This document shows, one piece after another, positions 52,767 through 64,000 of a stretch of 64,000 nt of DNA (positions are counted from its first letter, which is position 1; every line of letters starts with the position of its first letter). Location: the NCBI GenBank assembly GCA_000002445.1, contig CP000070.1:288001-352000 (forward strand). The letters are read 5' to 3'. This DNA is from Trypanosoma brucei (Eukaryota). The translations under genes and the position numbers were made by a program. The notes beneath the pieces were generated by a model. That model saw only the letters and a program-made list of their open reading frames with translations. It did not search any database and was not told the origin of the DNA.

Positions 52767-53385
52767 TTACTGCAGCGTGTGACGGTGTGCAACATGAGAA
52801 CCGATGCTGTTGTTTAATCCACTGAGGGGCGCAGCCAAGGATAAGCATTCCTATATATATATATATATATCATTATATGTAATGCATACACATGTTTCAA
52901 TCACTGCTGAGTCCTTCGGCATCTCTTTTTCACCTTTCGCTTATCATTTGCACGCCCTCTTCTTCATTCCGTTTTCACTCCCTCTCCTCTTGCCCCCGGG
53001 AGAATCCCCTCCGTTTTGTTGTTGTTTCCGTCTATACTTGCTCGGTCAAATAGGGAAACTAACAAGAAAGTGGCACTTATAGGGGTTGAGCTCCTCTTAT
53101 CAGGCTCCCTGATGGCAGCAGCGGTGATCAAAATTGTCACTTCTGTCTTTAGCATTTTGTTATTTTTATGCATTGCATATTGTTTTTCTTCTTGAAAGGT
53201 ATATATGTGTACATATGTTTGTATTATTATTGTTATTATCACTTATCGCATTCCCTTTTACTGTGTTCAAGGTTCTATACGCTACAAGTAAAGTTTTTTT
53301 TTCTCAAGGGCAGGGCAGCCACCAGATAAAGGAAGGGAAGTAATCTGCTTATTTGAATCGAACAACAAAAGCTATAAAAAGAGCA

Positions 53386-53787
53386 GCTAATTACAGGCAG
53401 TTCCGCTTACGACTAAGCAGATTTCATTCAGCAACTAAAGCAACACAGGTATGCTCCGCGTTTCCATTCCCGCACTCAAGACGCTGCAGCCTCTGGGCTC
53501 GCGTGTGCTGGTGAGACGCACTCTGGCAGCCAAGCAAACAAAGGCCGGTGTGCTCATCCCCGAGCAAGTTGCTGGTAAAGTCAACGAGGGTACCGTTGTC
53601 GCTGTGGCGGCTGCAACAAAGGACTGGACACCGAGTGTGAAGGTTAATGACACTGTGCTACTTCCTGAGTTTGGTGGAAGCAGTATTAAGCTGGAAGGAG
53701 AGGAACTGTTCCTCTACAACGAAGACTCGTTGCTTGGTGTTATCCAGAATTGAAGGGTGGACAGTAACCGCTAACGTGCATCACGTC
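53386..53787 (+). repeat. HSP10 cassette duplication, copy 1 (CDS plus 65 bp 5' and 34 bp 3' flank)
   Basis: Identical to 55583..55984. Confidence 0.9.
53451..53753 (+). CDS. HSP10: 10 kDa chaperonin (HSP10/CPN10, GroES family), copy 1
   Basis: 100 aa. Mobile loop AAKQTKAGVLIPE, roof/hairpin region and LFLYNEDSLLGVI end match the GroES/CPN10 family. Confidence 0.9.
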   Translation: MLRVSIPALKTLQPLGSRVLVRRTLAAKQTKAGVLIPEQVAGKVNEGTVVAVAAATKDWTPSVKVNDTVLLPEFGGSSIKLEGEELFLYNEDSLLGVIQN

Positions 53788-54228
53788 ATTCTCTGGTGGC
53801 ACTTTGTTCCCCTCTCGTGTCCTACACGCTCCGCTTCCAGCCTGGTCTGTTTCATTGCTGCGTAAAGGGTGAGAAGCCGTGATAGCGCGAGGAGTGGGGA
53901 ATGGAGTGCATGCCACACTTCTATTTCTATTTACACTTTTATTTTTTTTATTTTAATATTACATCATCGAATTTGTCGGACACCTTCCTTGATTTAGTTT
54001 GTGTGAACCACCGTAGTTGCTTTTTTTTTAAAAAAAAAGAAGGCAACCCTGCCATCCACAATTGCAGTCGCACATATTTTCACTACCATTCTTTTTTATT
54101 CCTTCCCACGGGGGTGGAGTGTGCTAAGTTGTGTGTGTAACATTTAAAATAGCACCGCGCATTCGTACACGGGAAACCTCAAAGGGTCCGTAAAGCAAAA
54201 GAAGAGGAAAAGAAAGAATCACGCGGGC

Positions 54229-55296
54229 ATGTTTTGTGACGCTGAAGATGGGGCTGCCATAGTTTCTCATATTCCAATAAGTCCTTTTGTCCCAATACAA
54301 CACAATAATATTGATGTCTCCGCTGTGAATCGCCTTGCAAACTTCGCCATTCGCTTCGCCAGGGAACACGGCTGGTGTTCCAGTCACCCTTTCAAGATGA
54401 GCTCGGGCCCCAAAATTGGAGAGAATAAAGGCGAGAGCAATGAACTTGATGATATCACTGTTTTCTATGCGGGTGTGGAGGTTGAGCTTGCCGAAGAAAC
54501 CCCGAAGTTCAAAAGAGAGGGCACTCCTGCGTCTCTCTTTCTCTATGCACAGTTATGGCTCTCACATGTAGGTGTGAGCAGCAATGGCCTGTGTGGCAAA
54601 CTCTTTAGCTTCAAGAAGGATGAGGAGGATTGCAGGGAGTTTCTGGGTTCGTTCAAGCTCACAGGCGTTACCGTGTCAAGAACGACTCGTAAACCCACGC
54701 CTATTCCCGCGCCGCGACTCGAAATGATGCGTTCTTTGATCGCAAAAAACACAGCGGCATCGGAGCTGCCCAGGGTTGAGCGTATTAACTTCTCACAGCT
54801 CAACGAGCGGTGCCGTTTCGCTTCTGTCCGCTCCCACGAGGAATTTGCGTGTGCACTTCCATCGCACCCGGCCGTGGCTCCGCTGAAAGTTGGGTACCGC
54901 CGTGAGTTTCACCTGAGAGAAACCGATTTCGATTTTAACAGGCACGTAAACCAGGTTGTAACCATCACAATGGTCATCAACACCTTTCGAGCTGCTTTGG
55001 GTGACAACACAACCATTTTCCCGCGCTTGTTAGATACCGATGTCCACCCTCTGGATGGCGATTTGCTCATCCGAAGGCTACGCATTGACTACGTTCGGGA
55101 GGTACCTGCTGACCACGCCGCCATGGCAGTAATGTTATTCTTTCAAGATGATGTCTCAATGGATAATGTCATTGCGTCTTCCACAAATTCGAGAAAAAAA
55201 TCCCTTACTGAACTTTGGTTTATTGTGCAGGGAATCCCGGCCGCTGAGACCAATCCATTTGTCTCCGCGGTTGGTAAGGTGCTTTTGCGGTGCTGA
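54229..55296 (+). CDS. hotdog-fold acyl-ACP-thioesterase-like protein (355 aa)
   Basis: C-terminal hotdog with ETDFDFNRHVNQVVTITMV (D.N.HVNN-type motif) and …RRLRIDYVREV as in the PF01643-type thioesterases. The N-terminal half is not assigned. Confidence 0.45.
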   Translation: MFCDAEDGAAIVSHIPISPFVPIQHNNIDVSAVNRLANFAIRFAREHGWCSSHPFKMSSGPKIGENKGESNELDDITVFYAGVEVELAEETPKFKREGTPASLFLYAQLWLSHVGVSSNGLCGKLFSFKKDEEDCREFLGSFKLTGVTVSRTTRKPTPIPAPRLEMMRSLIAKNTAASELPRVERINFSQLNERCRFASVRSHEEFACALPSHPAVAPLKVGYRREFHLRETDFDFNRHVNQVVTITMVINTFRAALGDNTTIFPRLLDTDVHPLDGDLLIRRLRIDYVREVPADHAAMAVMLFFQDDVSMDNVIASSTNSRKKSLTELWFIVQGIPAAETNPFVSAVGKVLLRC

Positions 55297-55582
55297 CGAG
55301 ATATACCCCGGTGAAACACCTTAAATGTGTTCCCCGTTTAAGGACTTCGACGCCCATGCTAAGGGGAGATAAGTTTATTAAAATGAAACATCGTTGAAAC
55401 ACAGGGGGGAAACAAGGCAAAAATTGGAAAGAAAATATACTTTGTGAAGTTCACACCCACGTGCTCTGTTGGTCGAACTGGACCCAAACCGTAATTGCAC
55501 TCTGCCTTTCCCCACCTTTGCATGCCCGAATTAATGTACATTTCTCGCTTTCCTTTCTTTACAAGTAACCAGTGACCCAGAA

Positions 55583-55984
55583 GCTAATTACAGGCAGTTC
55601 CGCTTACGACTAAGCAGATTTCATTCAGCAACTAAAGCAACACAGGTATGCTCCGCGTTTCCATTCCCGCACTCAAGACGCTGCAGCCTCTGGGCTCGCG
55701 TGTGCTGGTGAGACGCACTCTGGCAGCCAAGCAAACAAAGGCCGGTGTGCTCATCCCCGAGCAAGTTGCTGGTAAAGTCAACGAGGGTACCGTTGTCGCT
55801 GTGGCGGCTGCAACAAAGGACTGGACACCGAGTGTGAAGGTTAATGACACTGTGCTACTTCCTGAGTTTGGTGGAAGCAGTATTAAGCTGGAAGGAGAGG
55901 AACTGTTCCTCTACAACGAAGACTCGTTGCTTGGTGTTATCCAGAATTGAAGGGTGGACAGTAACCGCTAACGTGCATCACGTC
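55583..55984 (+). repeat. HSP10 cassette duplication, copy 2
   Basis: Identical to copy 1, period 2197 bp. Confidence 0.9.
55648..55950 (+). CDS. HSP10: 10 kDa chaperonin (HSP10/CPN10), copy 2
   Basis: 100% identical ORF to 53451..53753. Confidence 0.9.
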   Translation: MLRVSIPALKTLQPLGSRVLVRRTLAAKQTKAGVLIPEQVAGKVNEGTVVAVAAATKDWTPSVKVNDTVLLPEFGGSSIKLEGEELFLYNEDSLLGVIQN

Positions 55985-56448
55985 CCACATATGGGATGCG
56001 AGACCCGCTATTTCCATTATCTATTTTCTTATTATCACTATCACTATTGTTATTTTTAATTACTGTTCGGACAAGTGAAACGATTTTCTCCACTTCCTGT
56101 GTTCGCCCATCGGTATGCATCGGATTTTGGGACACTAACATTCATCGCATTGCGCGCGCTTGACGCCCCCGGCACCGGGGCAGTTGTATCAGTTCACTTT
56201 TTCCTAAATTTTGGTCACTACGTTTCCCTTTTTAAAAAAAAATTATTCTTTCCCCGGCAATCCCGTTTCGCCACTATTACGCCTCGCATTGGGATGCACA
56301 GTGGCAAAGGTTGTCCCACGGGCGGTCAACTAGTGTGGGATACGTTCCCATAATTACACATTTGTGGTAGGTAAAAGCACGTTCGGTATTTTCAGTGTTG
56401 CACAGGAGGCCCTAGTGCAGTTCTGCAACGGCGTTGCTGTGACTTCTC

Positions 56449-57534
56449 TTGACTCGTTTGTTGCATGTGCCCGCGGTGGAGATGTTTCGCTATCGTTGCC
56501 GCAACGCTAAAAACCTGTTGCTGATGCGCAACATACGCCGTTGGTACACAAGTGCGGGCAACGATGAGAGTCTACCATCCGCGCAAGGACCACCGTTGGC
56601 AGGCGTTTCATCACCAACGCTGTGGAGGAACGGTGGTGTGCTGGGCGAGGGCATGTTGGGAAACCCACGTGTGGCAGCAACAACACCGCAGGAGGTGGAG
56701 GAAACGTTTCGCTGCTCCGTCCTTGCCCGTACGGTTAGCAACTTGAAATTGCGGCGTTACCTCCAGAAATTGGAACCAAAGGATCACACATTAGTCCTTG
56801 CGGCTCTTCGTGGAGCTCAAGCTGGTGGGCTTCGATTGGATACGAAAACTAACGAAGTGGCCCTCTCTAAGCTGATGGATGGAGGCCAACTGCAGGCAAG
56901 TATGGAGATTTATCGGAAGATGATTCAGAATCGTATGAATCCAACAGCAAACACATATGCCACGCTTATGCACATGTGCATCGAGCGGGATATGCCGGAG
57001 GCGTGCCAGAAACTTTTTGAGGAGATGGTCAAGCGTGGCCAGTCACCCAACACACGGAACTACGAAATGTATATTGGGTCGCTCGCAATGGAAAATCCGC
57101 CCAAATGGAAAAATGCTATTGAGGTGTTTGACCGCATGTCACGGGAGCGTCACGGCAAACACCTGACGGCAGCAACATACGAGTCCCTTATGCGCGTCTA
57201 CCTGAATATGACGCCATTTGACTGGCGGGTGGTTTACAACTGCTACTATGAGATGCGCTCTCGCCAACCCCAAATTCAGCTACGGTGGGAGACCTATCAC
57301 TTGGTGGCGGAAGCACTGCGCCGTGGTCAAGCAGGGTACACGCGGCGCCTCATCACGTACTTGGATGCGTGGTTTTGTATAACGTACTTTCGCTCCTGGG
57401 AGTTTTTCATGGGCTTCATGTTTTACATCTGCCTGATGTTTCTTATTAAGGGTCTTATTAGTTGGGTGGTTGTCTGGTACTACGGGCGCGCCGTTAACGC
57501 AAGCAGGGGTGCGTCGGAGTCTGTCATCTTATAG
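56449..57534 (+). CDS. pentatricopeptide-repeat (PPR) protein, probably mitochondrial
   Basis: Basic presequence-like N-terminus (MFRYRCRNAKNLLLMRNIRRWYTS). 35-aa helical repeats of PPR type (…ASMEIYRKMIQNRMNPTANTYATLMHMCIERDMPEACQKLFEEMVKRGQSPNTRNYEMYIGSL…). Unusual hydrophobic C-terminal tail. Confidence 0.6.
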   Translation: MTRLLHVPAVEMFRYRCRNAKNLLLMRNIRRWYTSAGNDESLPSAQGPPLAGVSSPTLWRNGGVLGEGMLGNPRVAATTPQEVEETFRCSVLARTVSNLKLRRYLQKLEPKDHTLVLAALRGAQAGGLRLDTKTNEVALSKLMDGGQLQASMEIYRKMIQNRMNPTANTYATLMHMCIERDMPEACQKLFEEMVKRGQSPNTRNYEMYIGSLAMENPPKWKNAIEVFDRMSRERHGKHLTAATYESLMRVYLNMTPFDWRVVYNCYYEMRSRQPQIQLRWETYHLVAEALRRGQAGYTRRLITYLDAWFCITYFRSWEFFMGFMFYICLMFLIKGLISWVVVWYYGRAVNASRGASESVIL

Positions 57535-57939
57535 GGGCGCCCGTAGCACCATACAAAGAGGAACGAGAGCGTAATACCGATGCAAAGCGCCTTTGCGGCA
57601 CTGGGAAGAAAACAAGGTGATCACGGGCAGCTTGGATGGCCGTATTGAAGGAGGGGAGAGGTGAGGAATGCCCTTCGTCTCGTTGTACGGATAAGTGACG
57701 TAGTGCCACAGAGCAACCGATTCAATTTTCACGTGCGGGGGCGGACCAGCTTCCGCTCTTGCGTGGTGGTGTCCAAAACACTTTGTCTTGTCATTCCTGC
57801 GCCCCCCCCCCCCCCCCACACACACCCATTTATCCTTTGCGGGTCCCCCTTTTTCTCCCACGGTAGACGGGCGAGCGATACCAGTTTAGCCTATTTAACG
57901 TTATTTTTCCCGATAGGACCACCCGCCCCTTCTCGCTTA

Positions 57940-59040
57940 ATGCCTGAGCAGTTGGGCGCGGAGGCACCGCAGCACGTTGTCCCAGAGGGGGACCAGAGCG
58001 CAGGATCTGAAGCCGGGAATGTCACGAGGGGAACCAAAAACCACGATGACAGCGATCCTTTTGTCTCACTCCGGCACATGGAAGACCGGAAGCAACTCGA
58101 GACACAGGCGCGCGCTGTCGTAACGGCGTTACTTGCAGAGAAAGGCGAGGTGTACGTGCAAGGACTTCTTCAAGCAGAAATACAGCGGGTGAAGAAAAAG
58201 GAATCGGAAGCGGCGGCGATAAAAAAGAAGATTTCAGCAGCCACCAAATTGGCGGGAGAGCTGAAGGGGGATATCCGGCGGGAGACTGAGGCAAAGGCAG
58301 AAGAGGAGCATATGTGCAAAAACCTCCAAGCGGAGATGAAACGACGAAGCACACTCACAGAGGAAGCTACCAGAAGGATGGAAAGCCGCCGGCTCACCCT
58401 CAAGAAAGATGTGGAAACCAGCGTCCGGGACGTGCGGGAGAAGTATGACGATCGCAAGCGGCAGGCGATGGAATTAGTAGAGGAGAACAAGCGCCTTACT
58501 GATGAAGTGGCCAAGATGAGGAAAGAGTTCGACGAGGCTCGCGCAACATACGCTGACACCTGCAAGGAACGCGAAACCTATGTGGAATCTCTGATACGTT
58601 CCTACCGTGAGGTGACGAGGGAGGTGGAAACGCTGGAGGCTAAGATAGCCCTTGTGCGCCGCGAGCGGCAGGCATCAGAGCAGCGAAAAGCCTCTCTGGA
58701 AAAGCAGTTGGAGTCGTACAACTCACAATTTGGCTCCTTGTCAGAGGGACAATCCGTTGAGGATGCGGAAAGGATGGCTAAGGAGCAGCGTGAGGAGGCG
58801 GAGGCGAGAATAGCTCAATTAGAAAGTGAAAAGAAAGAGGCCAGTGAGATTCGACTCAGACTTGACAAGGAGACTGCGACGTGGCGTGCAGCACTAGCGG
58901 CTCATAAGCGTGAGCTTCCGAGGTTGGAGAAAGCCAAGCTGGCAGCAGAAAAGAGATGCAGACAAGCACAGGAGAGGGCAAGGCAACAGCTGAAGGAGGA
59001 TGCCACAACAACAAAAGACCAAGAGGATGGCGGCATGTAG
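57940..59040 (+). CDS. coiled-coil protein (367 aa from MPEQLG; ORF opens at 57661)
   Basis: About 300 aa of uninterrupted K/E/R-rich heptad-like sequence. The upstream part of the ORF runs through a C15 homopolymer and T/C tracts, so it is treated as 5' UTR. Confidence 0.55.
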   Translation: MPEQLGAEAPQHVVPEGDQSAGSEAGNVTRGTKNHDDSDPFVSLRHMEDRKQLETQARAVVTALLAEKGEVYVQGLLQAEIQRVKKKESEAAAIKKKISAATKLAGELKGDIRRETEAKAEEEHMCKNLQAEMKRRSTLTEEATRRMESRRLTLKKDVETSVRDVREKYDDRKRQAMELVEENKRLTDEVAKMRKEFDEARATYADTCKERETYVESLIRSYREVTREVETLEAKIALVRRERQASEQRKASLEKQLESYNSQFGSLSEGQSVEDAERMAKEQREEAEARIAQLESEKKEASEIRLRLDKETATWRAALAAHKRELPRLEKAKLAAEKRCRQAQERARQQLKEDATTTKDQEDGGM

Positions 59041-62000
59041 AAAACAGCCTCGCTGTACTATTGAGTGGCAACCTTTTCCGCTCTTTCCATCTGCTTTCCC
59101 AGGAAACGCGCGGCTGCATGTGTCGACTTCCTCTTGTATTGTGTCTGTCATACTGTTCTTCCCGCCCTACGGCGTGCAAGCACGTAGGGTTTCCTTACCC
59201 ATCTACTGTTGTGCTAGACTTCGCTTTCCCGATTCTCCTCTCTCCGAATACTCTCTTATTTCTTTTTTTTTTCTGCAGTGAAGGGGAGGTAAGAAACGGG
59301 AAGAAAAAGGTGTAGCTCGGATGTGGGAGTTGCGGTGCCGTGACCCCTCCGCCGCAACACGTATATGACTCCTTACGAAGCAGTCGGCATGGTTTATTCC
59401 TTTTTTTTTTTTGCCAACCGATGGTAGAGAATGGTGATAATAGGAGCTTAGAAGGACAGTGTCCAGCTTTATGCACCCTACTCCATTATATTCAGCATTC
59501 CACATGGCAGACCTTTGAGCACCCGTGCCACGCATCCCTTCAACTGGGGAAGAATCGAAACATTAAACCGCTGCCGCCTTGTTTCCCTCACCGACCCTTC
59601 TCCTCCAGTGCGCAGTTAGTGGTGCATCGGCGTGTTCGCTCAAGGTGGCTCCTAGTCGTTATTCCCACTCAGTCAGTTGGGCCGAGAAGTCTGTCGTTTC
59701 CTGTAGGAAAATATGCCATGAAGGCCCTGGCGATGCCGGCCACCTCAACGTGGTGCCAGGGTCCAGTTCCCCGTATCATCGGGGGAAGCCAAGAGCCAGC
59801 AGAGTTCCTTTCATGGGGAACACTGCTGTGCTCCGGCTAAGGCATCATACAGCACAGGGATCAGCAGCGTCTTGCTGGGACACCGTTTTTCATTTGTCGG
59901 TCCCTGGGAAAAAAAAAATGCCATGAAGGGGTCGGCCTCGCTTACCAGTGACGGGGCGTCGTATCAATCTTTGAAGTCCACGGGAAAAGCGTTATCCAAC
60001 GCTGCCGCCGTCCAAATTATAGCTGGGACTGAGGGACGATATATCTCGCTTCCGCTCCATCAGCTGTCGCCCCTTGCGGTCCATTACGGCTACGTATTTC
60101 GCCTCCCTACTGAAGAAACGCCTCCTCAAGCCTGCTCCAACCCCTTCTGTTTCCTCCGGCTCCTTGTAATATCTATCACCTCCCCCCCCCACACACACGC
60201 ACCCACCGCCGTTCCCGCTGAATAACTTTCCTCTCGCTTCTATTAACATGGCGCGTGCAGACGCTTCAAATAGGGAGCCTTTGACTATGGGAACGCTCGT
60301 CGCTGGTATCCTCAACCCATTTTTTCCCGACGCTTTTTGCGTACGTATCCGATGGCGTCTGCGGCCGCCGCCATTTCGCACGTGGGCAACTCTCTTTTAC
60401 GCCTAAGCAATGGTGGATGGCGGACCCTTCATGGATGCTGATTTCGGTAATGCTCAGCTATTCTCCGTGACAGATGGCTCGGGGGTATCACCTCTATTTA
60501 CGCTCCTAGAAACTATTTTCGTCGGTAATGCCTTCCTCAGATCTGTGAAGGTCGTCCTGTCCGTCGGACTGCAAAACCAATTCGTTTTGTCTGCGGGTGC
60601 CAGCCGTTCTGTTGTCAAGATTTTGACGGTGATTCCGCGACGTTTTCCCTTTGGATTGTTTTTGGCGCCATCTAACCCACTACAGATGTAATGGCATCGT
60701 TGGTGTTTTCGACTGCCATCGACACGTATCTTTACCTATTTGCGGAGCTCAGGTGCGCAATGTTTTGGTGAATTCGGACATTCCACAATTCTTTTCATAT
60801 CCCTTTATAATGCTACATTGAGCAATATCCAACTACAATATCTTCTAAAGTTTCGTATCATTTTCCAAGATGTTACATCGCTGTGCGTAGAACTGGTAAC
60901 TTCTTTTGAAAGCAGTGCGCCTCTGAATGATGTATATCAAGTTGGAACTTCATTGTTGGTAACTGTTAAACTCTTTTCCATCTATCAATCCAATATCAGC
61001 GTCATCACCCTTCTCTTCTGGAATGCGGGTGTCTCAACCAACGTAATGTTGTCTTACGTCGGCCCCAACGGCTACTGAGTCTTGATCCTCGCTCAGTCGC
61101 TACAACGTTCCAGGGGTTGCGTCGGAGTTTCCGGGAGAAATGAGTAGAGGTTGGGGGGGGGGGGGCTATTCGCCATTTTTAAACAGTGGTGTAGCGGCCG
61201 CACTATCCGCAACTCCATTTATCTTTAGACGCCTGGCCACGCCTATCTTGCTCCAAATGATTATTTTGCATGATGCCGCTCTTGGAGGGACGCACCGTTC
61301 CAATGCGTCGGTTTTTTCATACGTGTGTGTGTGCTCGATCTCTCTGGGGTGTGAGTTTGTTTTCCCGTTTCACGATGCACCAGCCGATCCGGCATTCGGG
61401 AGGTCGCCCGATCACGACATGTTCGCGCAGCTGGGAGAAGCCAAGATCGATTCAGTCCCTTCCGCGTAAAAGTGGGTTTAGGTCCCGTACGGCATTCCCC
61501 TTTGGCTTAAGCATCAATTTTGTGGTGTCCGGCGAGGCGCCCCTACGTGTTCCACGGGGTGAAGCTGCTTTGTCGCGCTAGAAGTCCCATGACACCGCCA
61601 GGCGACCGAGCTCCGTCAGCTGCCAAAACTTCCGTGCTGCCTGATGTTCGAAGGGTAGAATGCGCGAGCCACCTGGCTTTGATCTCCTTTCCCTGCGGCG
61701 AACCGGATCCCTGCGCAACGATGGACTGAGCGGTACCATCGCATGGGTTGGGTGGGGGGTCCTCGTATATATACGTATGTGCATATGTTGTGGCCGCGGG
61801 GGTGTTCTCCTTATCGTCCGTGTCGGCTGCGGTATCCCTGGGTTAGTTCTTCTATGTGCCACGGTTCCCTCTCCCCTAGGGGCATTCCTGGCGTCTATTG
61901 GGGATGGGGCGTTTGTTGGTGTTGAGGGGCTTCTGCGGGGTCATTGGATAATGTCTGAAAGGTATGGTTGTTTCAGGTTCGCGCTCAGGGGGTACGGATG

Positions 62001-62606
62001 GTGCGCGTATGCGGATTACCTTTGTGTGTGCTTGTGCTTCCACTCTGCTCTGCTGCTTAGAACTGGTAGTTGTCAACAAGGGTAGATTTTGTTGCGTCTG
62101 TTCCATCGTAAGCTAGTAGCTGTTTTCCCGCCCCTTGCTAGTTGCTTCATGATAATACAGGGTTGTGGTCATTCTTCTACGTAACAGCGAGCGCTCCGTA
62201 AGCGGGATCGAATATATTTCCCGCTGTTATTTGTTACCGATTTTCAGGGTGTGCCACTTCGGTTCTGCAAGTGGGATGAACTCACGTCAGCGTCCTGTAT
62301 CTTGCAAGCGGCAGGAGACGTGTGGGTGAGCAGAACCTAAACGAGTAAACTTGATTTTGAGGGATGATAGGAAAGATTTTCACGTGGAAACCGTCCCATG
62401 AAATTGATGTGAGCTGCTTTTTATTATATTTCTTGAACTTTGGTGACATCTATCCACTTTATTCTCAATCATGTGTTTCATATCTACATAGGATAAGATG
62501 AGAAGTAGTGCTAATTTTTTTTTAGCGAATAGTAGTAGCGGCGGACTTTCGAAATATCGCCCCCGATTTCGGCCGAGAAGACTTGTGCTGCCGGTAAATC
62601 CTTCTG
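59041..62606. other. 3.5 kb ORF-poor interval inside a same-strand gene cluster
   Basis: No ORF longer than 170 aa. Six consecutive + strand ORFs of 93-166 aa in frames 0,1,2,2,0,1. G13, C9 and (CA)n tracts. GC-richer than neighbouring spacers. Confidence 0.5.
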
Positions 62607-64000
62607 ATGTGCATAGCATTAGTCGAGCGAATAATCCCATGTACGCGAAATATCAAGAGGGTATTCGATTGAGAAGGAGGGCGGAGCGCCGCGGTGTAAT
62701 TGCACTTTCTTTCGTTCCGTCTGAACGCAGCGTGGGTGATGCTTTTCGGATTATGGTTGAGGTGTGTGAAAAGGAGGGGTTCTTCGAGTCAAAGTCGTCC
62801 ACACCAAATTATCTCCGTAAAGTACGTGAATTAATCAAGCGCGCTGAGACGGAATTAGGGACCGGGGAAAGAGTCAAAAATACGTCCGCGAACCCATCTT
62901 TTTACGACATTGGCTTGTCAGAAGCGAGGGATTTATCAAGAAACGCAGATAAATCACGTCATGCTGAGGGCAATATCGAAACGAGGGAGATAGACTCACT
63001 GTGGAGTCTACTAAATGCTACTCCACTTGATTCCCCCGTTCATGGGATTTTGGCCTTGAGGGGAAAGGCCCTCCTTGAAAGTATAATTGCTAACACCGTA
63101 CAACAACAATATCCACGGCTGCGGTCAAAGCACTTGCAGGAAATCATACATGAGTGTTGTAGTCTTTTGGCATGTGGAAGAGCCGCGTTCCGTCTGGGAT
63201 TCGCTGACGTTTGTGGAATTAATGGGGAGATAAACATGTGGCGTGAACTCAATGTCCTCACTGAGAGGTTCAATACCGCACGACATAAGGCTGCTGCTCA
63301 CCTCCAACGTGTGGAGAAAGGAGTGACACAACAAAGACGATGGTATTGGAGGGGCGTTCTCAGGTCTTCATCTAAGCGATTGAAACAGTTCCCTGTACGT
63401 CAAGGTGATTTACTCCCCCGAATGGAGTGGATAAGGGAGTCTGTGTACGCGTTCGTTGCCTTTGTGGATCTGGCAGAAAAATCAGGTGACAATGTCCGTG
63501 TAGTGCCACTGATTGAAAATCTGTTCTGTGGTCAAATATCCTCGTTTGTAAGCACCAACCAGACACTTAAGAAGGCGCATAGGATGGTTGATATGCTGTC
63601 AAAAGCAAGAATTGAATGTGATGCCACAACGGAAAAAGAGAAAATACAACAATTAGAGTCTCTTTCTACTGACATTGAAAATGAGCTTGCCGCCCTCGAA
63701 CAATTCACTGATGACGAGTTAGGAGTTATGAGCCGTGTCGTTCATCCGCTTAATGCTCGGAGCGACAACCGGAAAGAGCAGTTTTCGTCCAGTGGTGGTG
63801 CCCATGCGGTGCAAAGTCTTAGGGATGACATCTTCGACGATTACCGGGTAACTCGTCACAACAAAGAGGCGCCCCCTATGGTGATCAACTGTATGCGCCC
63901 ACAAAATGCTCTGAAAGAGGCTCAAATCATTCTCCGCTACGATCCGAATGTGTCAGAAACATTGTCGTCATCTCCTATAGATGTCGACCAGGTGATCCGA
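62607..64000 (+). CDS. hypothetical protein, 3'-truncated by the window edge (at least 464 aa)
   Basis: A TAA at 62595 closes the frame upstream. ATGs at 62607 and 62640, and the frame stays open to position 64000. The antisense ORFs in the interval are all shorter than 80 aa. Confidence 0.55.

Noticed and set aside
57661-57939. 93-aa N-terminal extension of the coiled-coil ORF
   Set aside because: It runs through a C15 homopolymer (encoding PPPPP) and pyrimidine tracts characteristic of the trans-splice acceptor region. A clean Met (MPEQLG) follows.
1-64000. CRISPR arrays, rRNA genes, intact transposons, strand-switch region
   Set aside because: None seen. The repeats present are gene-scale tandem duplications and simple microsatellites. 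The organism is eukaryotic, and all genes are co-directional, so there is no divergent or convergent switch in the window.

Overview
The window reads as a trypanosomatid nuclear chromosome segment. The gene order asparagine synthetase A -> three tandem glutathione-peroxidase-type tryparedoxin peroxidases (the third with an MLRSSRKK presequence and C-terminal ARL) -> ... -> sphingosine-kinase-like lipid kinase -> ... -> two HSP10 copies is most consistent with Trypanosoma brucei chromosome 7. The species call rests on recall, not a search. Every credible gene is on the + strand: intron-less ORFs separated by 0.4-2.3 kb spacers with T/C-rich tracts typical of trans-splicing regions, and no strand switch. 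The window is therefore one directional polycistronic unit of about 30 protein-coding genes. A single tRNA-Gly(GCC) is embedded head-to-tail inside it. Three local amplifications are visible: (i) the 3x peroxidase array with about 0.93 kb period, (ii) a 3.3 kb two-gene module duplicated with 4.2 kb period (a Cys-rich pentapeptide-repeat-like protein plus a tail-anchored membrane protein), and (iii) a roughly 400 bp HSP10 cassette duplicated around a hotdog thioesterase-like gene. Other recognisable products: Y14/RBM8A-like and RBMX2/Snu17-like RRM proteins, two large RCC1-repeat proteins, a 1097-aa acidic protein ending in a Gid/CTLH-type degenerate RING, a protein with a chymotrypsin-fold-like domain plus ARM-like repeats, EMC7-like, an ERp38-type protein disulfide isomerase, a 1347-aa protein with a central Rossmann GxGxxG motif, a PPR protein, a coiled-coil protein, and a 3'-truncated gene at the window end. 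A 3.5 kb ORF-poor, homopolymer-bearing stretch (59.0-62.6 kb) is not explained by any of these. No CRISPR array, rRNA or obvious intact mobile element was seen.
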